27,194 bases of DNA from Flavobacteriales bacterium (lineage in GTDB: Bacteria; Bacteroidota; Bacteroidia; Flavobacteriales_D; Sanyastnellaceae), in NCBI GenBank assembly GCA_044368835.1, contig JBILIX010000001.1, forward strand, positions 1 to 27,194, in the 5' to 3' direction. A program made the translations under genes and the position numbers. Below, one piece after another: positions 10,201-17,771 of the stretch (position 1 is its first letter; every line of letters begins with the position of its first letter). The notes beneath the pieces are model-generated. The model worked only from the letters and a program-made list of their open reading frames with translations. It was not told where the DNA came from and ran no database searches.

Positions 10201-10815
10201 ATTCCAGATATAACGTGAAAGATTGAACCCCGCCTGAGCAGCGGAGCCGTTGTCGCCGAACGTAACGCTTTCACCCAAACAAACATTGACCGTTTGGATG
10301 GCTGGGTCAACAGGCGCTGGACTGAGAATTTCAGACTGTGCAATTGGATTAGCACATGGAGTAGTGCATTGAATAGCCGCTTCAAAACCGGGTGAACCTG
10401 CATTAGGTGCGCCATTAGAAGAAAAAACAAGTGTCAAACAACCGGATGTGTTGTTTACCGTTCCGGTAACTTGAAGCCCCTGAATCGAGTTTCCGGTGTA
10501 ATCACCGAGTGTTGGTGCGGCTGTGCTATTGCCATCGAAAATACTCAGGTAGTCGCTGTTGTTTCCGTTGGGACTTGTCTGCAAAGCAAATGCATTGAAG
10601 GTGAGCTGAACCACATCGCCCGGAGTGTCGGGGCAAAGTACGAGTGTGTAGTCTGTATCCGTGTAGGGGCCGCCGAAACCGTCGTCATAAACGTTGAAAC
10701 CGTCCGACACGATAACGCTGCCATCGGGCATACACACAAAACCGGGGGTACCGCATTGAGCAAACGCAAATGTGCTATAAAGAACTGCTGATAGCAGTAT
10801 GAGTGAAATTTTCAT
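7207..10815 (-). CDS. T9SS type-B sorting-domain protein, paralogue B (same architecture as 3553..7092)
   Basis: Signal peptide ending AFA|Q; CUB-like block SDYLSIFDG...GCLTLVFSSN; PKD YIWNLDDG; MEHSFMGDLGLYITCPNG; C-terminal FYIPTGFTPNNDGLND...IFNRFGELVF. Confidence 0.9.
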   Translation of the reverse strand: MKISLILLSAVLYSTFAFAQCGTPGFVCMPDGSVIVSDGFNVYDDGFGGPYTDTDYTLVLCPDTPGDVVQLTFNAFALQTSPNGNNSDYLSIFDGNSTAAPTLGDYTGNSIQGLQVTGTVNNTSGCLTLVFSSNGAPNAGSPGFEAAIQCTTPCANPIAQSEILSPAPVDPAIQTVNVCLGESVTFGDNGSAAQAGFNLSRYIWNLDDGTIISNAGPSSVTHAFAAPGEYIVTLTVEDNNYGDDAIGCQSLNVQPLQILVSTSPTYAGMVDLQTCLGDTVFGVVAIGENSLVDDVTNIGGSASGTTWTALPPQVVAGETYLADGAGFSYSTSLNFDFFEAGALLQTCDDLDSVFVNMEHSFMGDLGLYITCPNGTVVNLVTWGTNGGGGTFLGQALDDAGTDPGIGWDYAWTPTATNGTWGENSATNTTNVTTPTPGNALTPGIYESQDDMCALVGCPLNGQWTFSVSDNLAIDNGYIFSWGIGLNPSLYPGVTTFTPTIGAGPDSSYWVTTGPDNGIPWINSISNDGDLIEIIPGTTGTFDFTYYVVNSFGCEFDTTIQVTVNEAPTVTAGPDQIIACGTIPLDGGLENDPVVACASCGVYSYCYTVFDFYQQTYCPDNAGDGFVSITFLEGSAAVNDNLFVFDGPDTWPSPQLGMYNGDLTGLSWTATNPSGCLTFYISEWDGVGNCTDGGAEEFLYSVSAGSAAAASFVWNWTPNNPLDYANVSDPTVLDLNQTTTFTLTGYPLGYPGCASNDQVIVSVDPLGDPGTDSDVEICPTAAVLSLFDELGGNPATGGIWYYNPGGGLPLVEQTDDTFDPMNDVPGDYDYVIAINADCQNFATVTIDMPLPTEIFTSDDSTVCNGGSINLDLYTLSEGLAPFQYQWTYNGVSIGNSQDLTYLPEADGEACLTVVDACNYEVNNCFQIEVLPIISPAFTSDTTAGCWPGAFELTVLNDPSEFAQLRWVLSDGSQFINQNDVSVSFEYPGSYGVELILTNAAGCSYSVEAENYLNSYSPPAANYSFGPQPTDIFNTEIQFTDETSGYPITNYLWTFTTLSGEPLGGSAAANPVFTFPNGYGGTYLVNLQVTDIHGCTDVVPTGTVFIDDLLQFYIPTGFTPNNDGLNDVLRLEGADIDPDRFTFQIFNRFGELVFESNDPTDAWTGEVRSGDYFAPNGAYNWIAIVVSKSTGVKKEINGSILIVR

Positions 10816-10845
10816 CGATGGATTTGGCCTGGTGAACCACTAAGT

Positions 10846-10872
10846 AAGACACCTATTGATGCAAAAAGTTGC
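10846..10872 (-). promoter_or_regulatory. Putative ECF-sigma promoter GCAAC-N16-TGTCTT upstream of 7207..10815
   Basis: Plus strand GTTGC at 10868-10872 and AAGACA at 10846-10851, 16-nt spacer, oriented towards the gene and ending 30 nt before its ATG. Confidence 0.6.
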
Positions 10873-10905
10873 ACAAGGCACTTAAAATAGTTCTGAAAAG
10901 TGGTT

Positions 10906-12084
10906 CTAATAAAGGACCAAAACATGTCCTTCGAACAAATGACCAATACCGCGTTCAGTATCTCGAGCCAAAATGCGGTAATTGTATTGTCCGCTGCCTA
11001 CAAGGCCTGTAGCGGATGAAAGTCCACCATCCCAGACTGCTAACGTGCTTTCCGACTGAAAAACAACCGTTCCCCAAACATCGAAAATTTCGATAGAAAC
11101 AAAATTGGGATCAATACCCAATCCATTTATTTCCCAAGTGTCATTGATGCCATCGCCATCGGGGGTGAATGCATTGGGCAGATACAACTCAATAGCTTGT
11201 ACAACTTCGATTGATTTTTCAGTGGTCGCAATACATCCGAAGACATTGCTTGCTGTAAGTTTCAAGGTGTAATTTTTCTCGAGATCCGCAGGGAACTCGA
11301 TGGTAGGTTCGAAATCGGAAAGTGGCAGCGCTCCTTCATATTGCCAAGTAAATGAATCGGCTCCATTACTTGTATTTTCAATTTTCAGGGTCGTTTCAGG
11401 TAAATAAAGTCTATCAGAATTAACTTTATAAGATGCAACCGGCGTAGTGTATACGCGAATACCAATATCGAGTGAATCGTTCCACACACAGCCGTAAATG
11501 TCAGTTATGGAAAGACTTGGAATAAAGAGTCCGGGGTCCTCGTATGTATGCCAAGCCGATGCTAGCTGAAGGTCAGAGCGTCCGTTGCCGTAGTTCCATT
11601 TCATTTCGGCGACATACTGAAACGCCAAGAAGTTGGAGGTGAATAGCACATTGACTGGTGAGCAACCTTCCCAAACATCAACCTCAAACTCTGCATTAAT
11701 GGGTTGATGCGGATAAAGTATAAAAGCCTGTGAGGCCGTTTTTCCTGCTGCATCCATAATGACGAGCTGCATCGAAGTGGTATCCGTCAGATTCAATTCA
11801 AGAGTGGGTGCAGAGCCAACGAGTAGGCCGAAGTTTTCCCAGCGGTATTGAAAGGGGGCAATGCCTCCTGTAATGCTATCGGGTGCAATCACAAAGTCTG
11901 ATCCCGGACAGAAATAGATTTCCTCGCTCATATGCAGCACAGGTAACGATTTAAGAGTCGTCACTTGGGCAAAAGATTGAGCAGAAAAAAGCAATGAAAC
12001 AAGAAAGAATACTCCACGAAGAGGGTGGGCGAAAAGTGATGTAATCATGTGTGAAATCCGGAGCATACCGTGCCCTATACGCAA
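10906..12084 (-). CDS. PKD-domain protein with T9SS type-B CTD
   Basis: Signal ending SFA|Q; PKD MKWNYGNG...HTYEDPG; CTD LYLPNAFTPDGDGINDTW...IFDVWGTVVF...WDG...YNY. The start is uncertain (TTG 12084, or ATG 12066 or 12048). Confidence 0.88.
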   Translation of the reverse strand: MRIGHGMLRISHMITSLFAHPLRGVFFLVSLLFSAQSFAQVTTLKSLPVLHMSEEIYFCPGSDFVIAPDSITGGIAPFQYRWENFGLLVGSAPTLELNLTDTTSMQLVIMDAAGKTASQAFILYPHQPINAEFEVDVWEGCSPVNVLFTSNFLAFQYVAEMKWNYGNGRSDLQLASAWHTYEDPGLFIPSLSITDIYGCVWNDSLDIGIRVYTTPVASYKVNSDRLYLPETTLKIENTSNGADSFTWQYEGALPLSDFEPTIEFPADLEKNYTLKLTASNVFGCIATTEKSIEVVQAIELYLPNAFTPDGDGINDTWEINGLGIDPNFVSIEIFDVWGTVVFQSESTLAVWDGGLSSATGLVGSGQYNYRILARDTERGIGHLFEGHVLVLY

Positions 12085-12107
12085 GCACTCGGAAAATGTT
12101 CGAATCT

Positions 12108-15100
12108 TTATCGAATCATTATTACACTTCCTGTAAAGTAGATGTCTTCGGCAGAATTATCTACACGCAGCTTGACACGCCAGTTATAGACTTCGTTCTG
12201 CCCGAAGAATAATCCGTTTTCAATATCCCCGGTCCAGGGTTCATCCGGGTTGTTGGAGTAGAATACGCTATCGCCCCAACGGTTGAAAATGCGCAGCTCA
12301 TATCCTGTCGTATCAAACCCGCGAATAATGGGCTTCCACAAATCGTTGTCGCCGTCGCCATCGGGCGTAAATGCATTCGGTGCAAACACCACATATTCGG
12401 CATCCATATACACATACCTACACGTCGTATCTCGGCAACCGTATTGATTTGCTACATCAAGGCATACATAAAAATTGTCGCTTCGTTCGTTTGGGAAAAT
12501 ATAGCTGGGATTCTCTTCTGTGCTTTCATCCAATCCGTTGAACCACCAATGATAGTAGGCGCTGCCAACTGAATGGTTGGTAAATTCAGCTTCGGGTTCC
12601 AGCGTGGTTAATTCGGTTGGTGATATGGTAAAATCGGCAATCGGTGAGGGGTAAACCTCAGCAATTTCCTCCAAGAACAATGTCGATACGCAATTGTATT
12701 CTGAAATGGCAGTGGCCTCAATATCATAAACACCCGGAACGACCAAATCAAGTTCAAGAGTGTCAGCAATGAATGTTCCTATTCCAGCAACATTCCATAC
12801 AATTTGATCTATGTTTTGGCTCTCGACGGAGGGTATAATTTCAAGAGCAATCGGCTTGCATCCGCGAACTGGATCAGATTGGACAATCAATACAGGAAGC
12901 GGGTTTACATTGATTTGGCTAAAGGCGTTTGAAACGCAACCGAAGTCAGAGGTGGCCTGCACACCAATATAAACCGATGAAGCGGGTTGAAGCAAAGGAG
13001 ACAGCGATGTCGGATCTTCGAAGAGGTTAGACGGAGTCCAGATGCAAGTTGTGTTCACCACATTTGCCAGTGGTAGCGTTTCACCGAAACACAGGTCATA
13101 GGAAGAGTTCAAGTTAATCAAGGGATTCGGCTCAACAATCACGGACACATTATCGGTAAAGGTGCAAACCCCATCGTTTGCGACAACCGTGTAAACGGTA
13201 GTCGTTTGTTGATTAACCTCTCCCGGAATGTTCACCGAAGGTGAAGGATCTGTCGCATTGTCGATGCCTGAAGTTGGCGTCCAGCTGTAGGTAGCTCCGG
13301 GCGCCGGATTGCCACCCAACAGTTGATTGGATGCGCCCGCGCACACATGTATGTCTTGCCCGGCACTGTAGTTAATGCCCATTTGTACATTGAGATCAAC
13401 CAGTGCCTCATCAGCGGGACAAGGTCCGTTGGCTTGTATCCGATATACATAGGTTCCTGATGCATCTTGCCCCGGATCAAAAGTGGAGGAATTGAAAGGT
13501 GAGTTATTGAAGTACCAAGCGCCTGCTCCGGATTGTGATTCGGGAAGAAAATCGCTCAACAATTCAGGGCCGTCTGTGTAACAGAAAATTGCTTCAGCGT
13601 CATCGCCTGCATCGTTCGGTGTATAGGTGATGAGGTCAATTTGCAAGCGCTCTCCACCGCAGTCTATGGGCTGAATCACTTCGTAGACATAGCTTTCGGT
13701 GCCGATAAAATCGATTGCTACAAAATTGGAAATTACCTCATTGCTTGTATTCAGCCAAGTCCCCATTCCAACGGCAGCAGGGGGCAATGCTGTATTCAGA
13801 TTGAACAAGGTGGTGCTCCTGCATACATCGAAGGGGGTTGTGGCATCCTCAATAAGCGGTTGCAGCACTTGTATGTTCAGTTGGCCTTCTTGATCGGGGC
13901 ATGAATTGCCGGAAGGGTTGATGACATTCAATTGAACGCTCGCTTCCAATGCCGGGGCGAAAAGGTTGCTTACCAACGCACCGGTAGCACTCTCGAAATA
14001 GACATTCGATAGGTTACTGAAGTAGTCTGTAAGATTCACTTCTTCTCCGAGGCTGCATAAATAAATAGTCTGACTCAATGGTTCAGCAACCGCAGGCTGC
14101 ACAAAAACAGAGAAGCTTGCTTGATCATCGGCGCAGACATTTGCATTTACCTGGTAGATGTAATTGAACGGGCCTGATGAGGTAGGAGTGAAGATGTTGC
14201 TAACCACATTACCATTGGTCGACCACGTGCCTCCGCTGGTAGCATTGCTGCTGAGCATACTGTTTAAGTTGAATGCTGCATCGGTCTGACAAATCGTAGC
14301 GCTTCCATTACTGCCAGCATTTGCAGGAGCCTCCACACTTATGCTAAGCGTGGAGCTAGCGGGATCGCAGCCAACATTAGGATAGTAATATTCATAGTTA
14401 CCTGCAGGTTCAGCACCGGGATTGAATGAGCCATCCACAATTTCACCAGCCTGGTTGGTCCACGTTCCTCCTGGAATGGGGTTCCCGTCGAGGGCGTTGA
14501 GCATGTTGAGGTTATTGGCTGTGGAGCACAGATCAACATCTGCGCTTAGTCCCGAAGGGTTATCCTGCGTGTAAGTTATGGTGAGAGTTGAAATTTGGGC
14601 GATGCACGGTTGTGCAGAGCTTATCGTATAGGTGTATACTCCTTCCTGCAGGGTAGAGGGATTAAACACATCGGATCCTGCAGGCGTTATCAATCCTGAT
14701 GGACCAGTCCAGTTTCCTCCATCGTCGGGTGTGCCTTGCAATTGGTTCAATAAATTAAACGGGCTGCTTCCTTCACAGACCATAATCGAGGCAGAAGTAC
14801 CTGCCAAACGTTGAGTCTGTTCATCTACGAACATACTGCGAAATACGGGCTGGCAGCCGGCTAGGTTATCGATTACATAGGTGAAAAGTGCGTCATCCAT
14901 GGTCGCCGGATCGAATATTCCTCCAGGAACAATATTCAGCGAAGCATCGAACCATTGGCCAATGGTATCGGGTGAACCCGCCATAAAGTCAACCATCTGA
15001 AACGGCTCGTAGGTTTCACAAATGACATAGGTAGTTGTCAGTCCCACGTCATTCGTTTGAATATAAATACCTGAAGTAACGTCGCAGCCTCCCGAACTGG

Positions 15101-15650
15101 TGGTATAGGTATACCAGCCGTTTTCAAATATCAGCTCGACTTCGTTTGGGTTTGACGGATTGGTTTGCTGCCAAACGGCAATGGAAGAAAGTGATGCGTT
15201 GGGGATTATCAAGCCATTCGGGGCGTACCAAATTCCGCCAGGAGCAAACGACGAAGTTTCCGGAGTCAAATCGTAGGTGTTTACAATGCTGGGATACTGC
15301 TCAAGGCACATATTGATTGAATATGCTGTTCCGAGCGAATTGGCTCCGGCGTCTATATTGAAGTAATGGTCTTCAATTGTTCCGTTCGCATACTCTACAA
15401 CGATGTGATAGACGGAAGGGCATAGGTTGTTTAGAGAGGTAGGCCCTGTAAGAGAAGAAGATGTAGCAACCGGAATATTGGAAACATCAAATAGCTGGTA
15501 GGAGTAGCTCTGCAACCCGGTGGGCTGAAAGGTTATGCTGCCAGTGCATTGGCAAGCATCTGCATCGGAAGGGGTAACAATGAATTGTGCTGAGGCCAGG
15601 TGGCTCAGTACGCACAAAACAACAGGTATTAGCCTTTCAACGAATTTCAC
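12108..15650 (-). CDS. Large repetitive T9SS type-B CTD protein (about eight Cys-bracketed ~80-aa repeats plus PKD domains)
   Basis: GTG start; signal ending ASA|Q; repeats such as AGxxxxxxxC...L...L.G.P..GG.W...F.P....G.Y.Y; PKD YHWWFNG; CTD FAPNAFTPDGDGDNDLW...IFNRWGDSVF. Confidence 0.9.
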   Translation of the reverse strand: MKFVERLIPVVLCVLSHLASAQFIVTPSDADACQCTGSITFQPTGLQSYSYQLFDVSNIPVATSSSLTGPTSLNNLCPSVYHIVVEYANGTIEDHYFNIDAGANSLGTAYSINMCLEQYPSIVNTYDLTPETSSFAPGGIWYAPNGLIIPNASLSSIAVWQQTNPSNPNEVELIFENGWYTYTTSSGGCDVTSGIYIQTNDVGLTTTYVICETYEPFQMVDFMAGSPDTIGQWFDASLNIVPGGIFDPATMDDALFTYVIDNLAGCQPVFRSMFVDEQTQRLAGTSASIMVCEGSSPFNLLNQLQGTPDDGGNWTGPSGLITPAGSDVFNPSTLQEGVYTYTISSAQPCIAQISTLTITYTQDNPSGLSADVDLCSTANNLNMLNALDGNPIPGGTWTNQAGEIVDGSFNPGAEPAGNYEYYYPNVGCDPASSTLSISVEAPANAGSNGSATICQTDAAFNLNSMLSSNATSGGTWSTNGNVVSNIFTPTSSGPFNYIYQVNANVCADDQASFSVFVQPAVAEPLSQTIYLCSLGEEVNLTDYFSNLSNVYFESATGALVSNLFAPALEASVQLNVINPSGNSCPDQEGQLNIQVLQPLIEDATTPFDVCRSTTLFNLNTALPPAAVGMGTWLNTSNEVISNFVAIDFIGTESYVYEVIQPIDCGGERLQIDLITYTPNDAGDDAEAIFCYTDGPELLSDFLPESQSGAGAWYFNNSPFNSSTFDPGQDASGTYVYRIQANGPCPADEALVDLNVQMGINYSAGQDIHVCAGASNQLLGGNPAPGATYSWTPTSGIDNATDPSPSVNIPGEVNQQTTTVYTVVANDGVCTFTDNVSVIVEPNPLINLNSSYDLCFGETLPLANVVNTTCIWTPSNLFEDPTSLSPLLQPASSVYIGVQATSDFGCVSNAFSQINVNPLPVLIVQSDPVRGCKPIALEIIPSVESQNIDQIVWNVAGIGTFIADTLELDLVVPGVYDIEATAISEYNCVSTLFLEEIAEVYPSPIADFTISPTELTTLEPEAEFTNHSVGSAYYHWWFNGLDESTEENPSYIFPNERSDNFYVCLDVANQYGCRDTTCRYVYMDAEYVVFAPNAFTPDGDGDNDLWKPIIRGFDTTGYELRIFNRWGDSVFYSNNPDEPWTGDIENGLFFGQNEVYNWRVKLRVDNSAEDIYFTGSVIMIR
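13380..15341 (-). repeat. Protein-level tandem repeats (about 8 degenerate ~80-aa units, two Cys each) inside 12108..15650
   Basis: Units begin near SINMC, YVIC, IMVC, VDLC, ATIC, IYLC, FDVC and AIFC, and most contain GGxW and a closing Y.Y....C. Boundaries are approximate; no obvious nucleotide-level identity. Confidence 0.75.
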
Positions 15651-15715
15651 AAGTTAGAATTCAAATCAATTTAAGTGGGAGTAAAACTAGCTATGAATAT
15701 AGATAAACATTGCTT

Positions 15716-15744
15716 GATACGGGATGAGTATCCACAAAGTTTCC
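15716..15744 (-). promoter_or_regulatory. Weaker ECF-like promoter candidate GGAAAC-N17-CGTATC upstream of the 15650/12084 gene pair
   Basis: AAAC at -35 and CGTA at -10 with a 17-nt spacer. It deviates from the four stronger GCAAC/YGTCT copies. Confidence 0.3.
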
Positions 15745-15760
15745 ACAAGTACGGGTCAAT

Positions 15761-15789
15761 AAAAAAAACCGCAACAATTGTTGCGGTTT
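15761..15789 (-). terminator. Intrinsic terminator after the sigma/anti-sigma operon
   Basis: Perfect 24-bp palindrome AAACCGCAACAATTGTTGCGGTTT (15766-15789) with an A8 run (U8 on the minus strand) at 15761-15768, about 30 nt past the stop at 15820. Confidence 0.85.
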
Positions 15790-15819
15790 CTTCTGTACAC
15801 GGGTTACAGTTAGCTTTGG

Positions 15820-17079
15820 TTAAGGAAAAACGTTGAATGTGCCGAAGAAATATTTTTGTTCTTGGCTATGGTCGTTCGAAATAATCACTTTGTAGGTGTA
15901 GGTGCTTCCAGATGCAGCTATTGCACCGTTTGGTAATTTCCCATCCCACCCTTTAATGCGGCTCGAGGTCTCGAAAATTTTGCTGCCTGCTTGATCATAG
16001 ATTGAAAGGATGAAATCCACTTTACTCTTTTTCAATCCTTGAGGCATGAACGAGCCAGAGGTAGTAGACCACTGCGCTGGAGCACCGAGCGCAAAATCAG
16101 AGTTCACACTAATATGCTTCACTGCGCCATCAGAGCATCCTGCTTCATTTTTAGCGTTGAGCGCAATCATTTGTCGACCCGAGTTTTGCAATACAAAGGT
16201 GGCACCTTCGGTAATGACTTTCGATTCCAATCCATTACTCCATTCGTATGAGTTTCCGCCTTCGGTGAGGTTTACAATTCTCACTTCCGGGGTGTTTGGG
16301 TTGGTATTGATAAATTCCCATCCGAAGTCTGCATCAGGCGCATCCTCAATGGTAATCATATCGTTCACAACTGTAGTGTTAATCTGGCCGTTGTCGCTCG
16401 TAATGGAAAGCGAAACATCGTAGTGACCTGCTTTTGAAAACTTGTGTTTTGGGTTGATGTCGTCGCTGAAGTGACCATCGCCAAAGTTCCACAGGTAGCT
16501 TCCTGTTTTTGGGCCATTTGTAGTTTGGAAATCAACCTCTTCTCCGCGACAAGCTTTGCGAACGTTGCATCCGAATTCGATAATGTTATCGGGCTTCTGG
16601 CCGTTGGAAATAGTATTCGACTGAACCGGCTGAACGGCTATCTCATCCGATTGGATTATTGCACCGTTGACTCCATCGTTAAAGGAGAGATAGCTTGCAC
16701 CTTCTGATGTTGGGCTGATCACTTGAGAAGCTTTTCCATTCACCATTAAGCTTGGGGCACCGACAGAGATCGCAGTAGTTGGTTGAATAGCAGAGTGACT
16801 TAATCCTCTGGTGGTATTAGTGACATGAATGGCAAACCTCTCCGATGTGTTTGCTTTCTGGGCAAAGGTAGAAGTGTGCTGATGATGATACAGTGCGACA
16901 GCCCCCCCCGAAAGAGCAAGTATGGTTGAAATTAAAGAAACAATCCAAACCGAATTGCCGATTTTAGCCATGCCCATTTGGCGCTGCAAAGCATTCCATG
17001 ATGTATGCTCGTACGGCATTGCATGCTCTTCCATCTTCTCTCGCAGGCTTCGCTCAAATGGCGTAAAGTTCTTTCTCAT
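15820..17079 (-). CDS. Putative membrane-anchored anti-sigma factor with PKD domains and a degenerate T9SS type-B-like C-terminal domain
   Basis: ATGA overlap with the ECF sigma stop. N-terminal FERSLREKMEEHAMPYEHTSWNAL segment; hydrophobic helix at aa 44-64; S/T/P-rich linker; PKD YLWNFGDG...PKHKFSKAGHYDVSL; C-terminus SIYDQAGSKIFE...GWDGK...YTYKVII...GTFNVF. The anti-sigma role is inferred. Confidence 0.65.
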   Translation of the reverse strand: MRKNFTPFERSLREKMEEHAMPYEHTSWNALQRQMGMAKIGNSVWIVSLISTILALSGGAVALYHHQHTSTFAQKANTSERFAIHVTNTTRGLSHSAIQPTTAISVGAPSLMVNGKASQVISPTSEGASYLSFNDGVNGAIIQSDEIAVQPVQSNTISNGQKPDNIIEFGCNVRKACRGEEVDFQTTNGPKTGSYLWNFGDGHFSDDINPKHKFSKAGHYDVSLSITSDNGQINTTVVNDMITIEDAPDADFGWEFINTNPNTPEVRIVNLTEGGNSYEWSNGLESKVITEGATFVLQNSGRQMIALNAKNEAGCSDGAVKHISVNSDFALGAPAQWSTTSGSFMPQGLKKSKVDFILSIYDQAGSKIFETSSRIKGWDGKLPNGAIAASGSTYTYKVIISNDHSQEQKYFFGTFNVFP

Positions 17080-17657
17080 TTAATTGTATGCAAATTCTTT
17101 GTAAGCAATTTCTTCATGTTTTTCTTGGCTTTAGCGTAGTTACTCTTGGAAGTGCCCACACTAATTCCCAACGCTTCAGCAATGTCCTGATGCGTGTAGT
17201 CTTCATATACATAGAGATTAAAAACCGTACGATAAGCTGGTGTCAATTGCTGCATGGCATCAATGATTTGCTCCGGCGTAATGTCATAAATCTCCTCGTT
17301 CTCAGCTGATTCGTCCGATTCTTCATCCGTTCCGCCGCTCCAATTTTCGATATCGTTTTGCTCTCCGAGCAAAACCAAGTCGTGTTTGAGTCGTCGATAA
17401 CGATCAATCGAAAGATTCACCATTATTCTTCTAATCCAGCCCTCGAAAGTACCCACACCGGTGTACTTCTCAAGGTTGTTGAACACCTTGAGAAATCCTT
17501 CCTGCAGCACGTCCATTGCTTGGTCAGAGTCCCTCGTGTATCGCATGCAAACGGATTTCATTTTTCCATAAAACATTTTATGGATCGCCTGCTGCGACCG
17601 TCTGTCTCCTTTGAGACAGCCATCGATCAATGCCTGCAAATGCTTGGTTTCTGCCAC
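17076..17657 (-). CDS. RNA polymerase ECF (sigma-70 group 4) sigma factor
   Basis: Region 2 CMRY...DVLQEGFLKVF...FEGWIRRIMVN and region 4 LTPAYRTVFNLYVYEDYTHQDIAEALGISVGTSKSNYAKAK; 193 aa; GTG start. Confidence 0.95.
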   Translation of the reverse strand: MAETKHLQALIDGCLKGDRRSQQAIHKMFYGKMKSVCMRYTRDSDQAMDVLQEGFLKVFNNLEKYTGVGTFEGWIRRIMVNLSIDRYRRLKHDLVLLGEQNDIENWSGGTDEESDESAENEEIYDITPEQIIDAMQQLTPAYRTVFNLYVYEDYTHQDIAEALGISVGTSKSNYAKAKKNMKKLLTKNLHTIK

Positions 17658-17670
17658 AAGGGTTATGGGT

Positions 17671-17697
17671 TAGACGAGATTTTGATAAAAGGGTTGC
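17671..17697 (-). promoter_or_regulatory. Putative autoregulatory ECF promoter GCAAC-N16-CGTCTA
   Basis: Plus strand GTTGC at 17693-17697 and TAGACG at 17671-17676, 16-nt spacer, ending 13 nt before the sigma GTG. It fits the general AAC(-35)/CGT(-10) ECF pattern. Confidence 0.7.
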
Positions 17698-17771
17698 CCG
17701 CTTCTAGATGCTTGGTCCTATTTCAATTGGATAAATGTAGAGTATTTACATCTAAACTTTACATTCGGATG

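Noticed and set aside
15728-15749. oriC (DnaA-box pair)
   Set aside because: Only two mismatched boxes and no origin-associated genes or extended AT-rich unwinding element. Kept only as a generic direct repeat.
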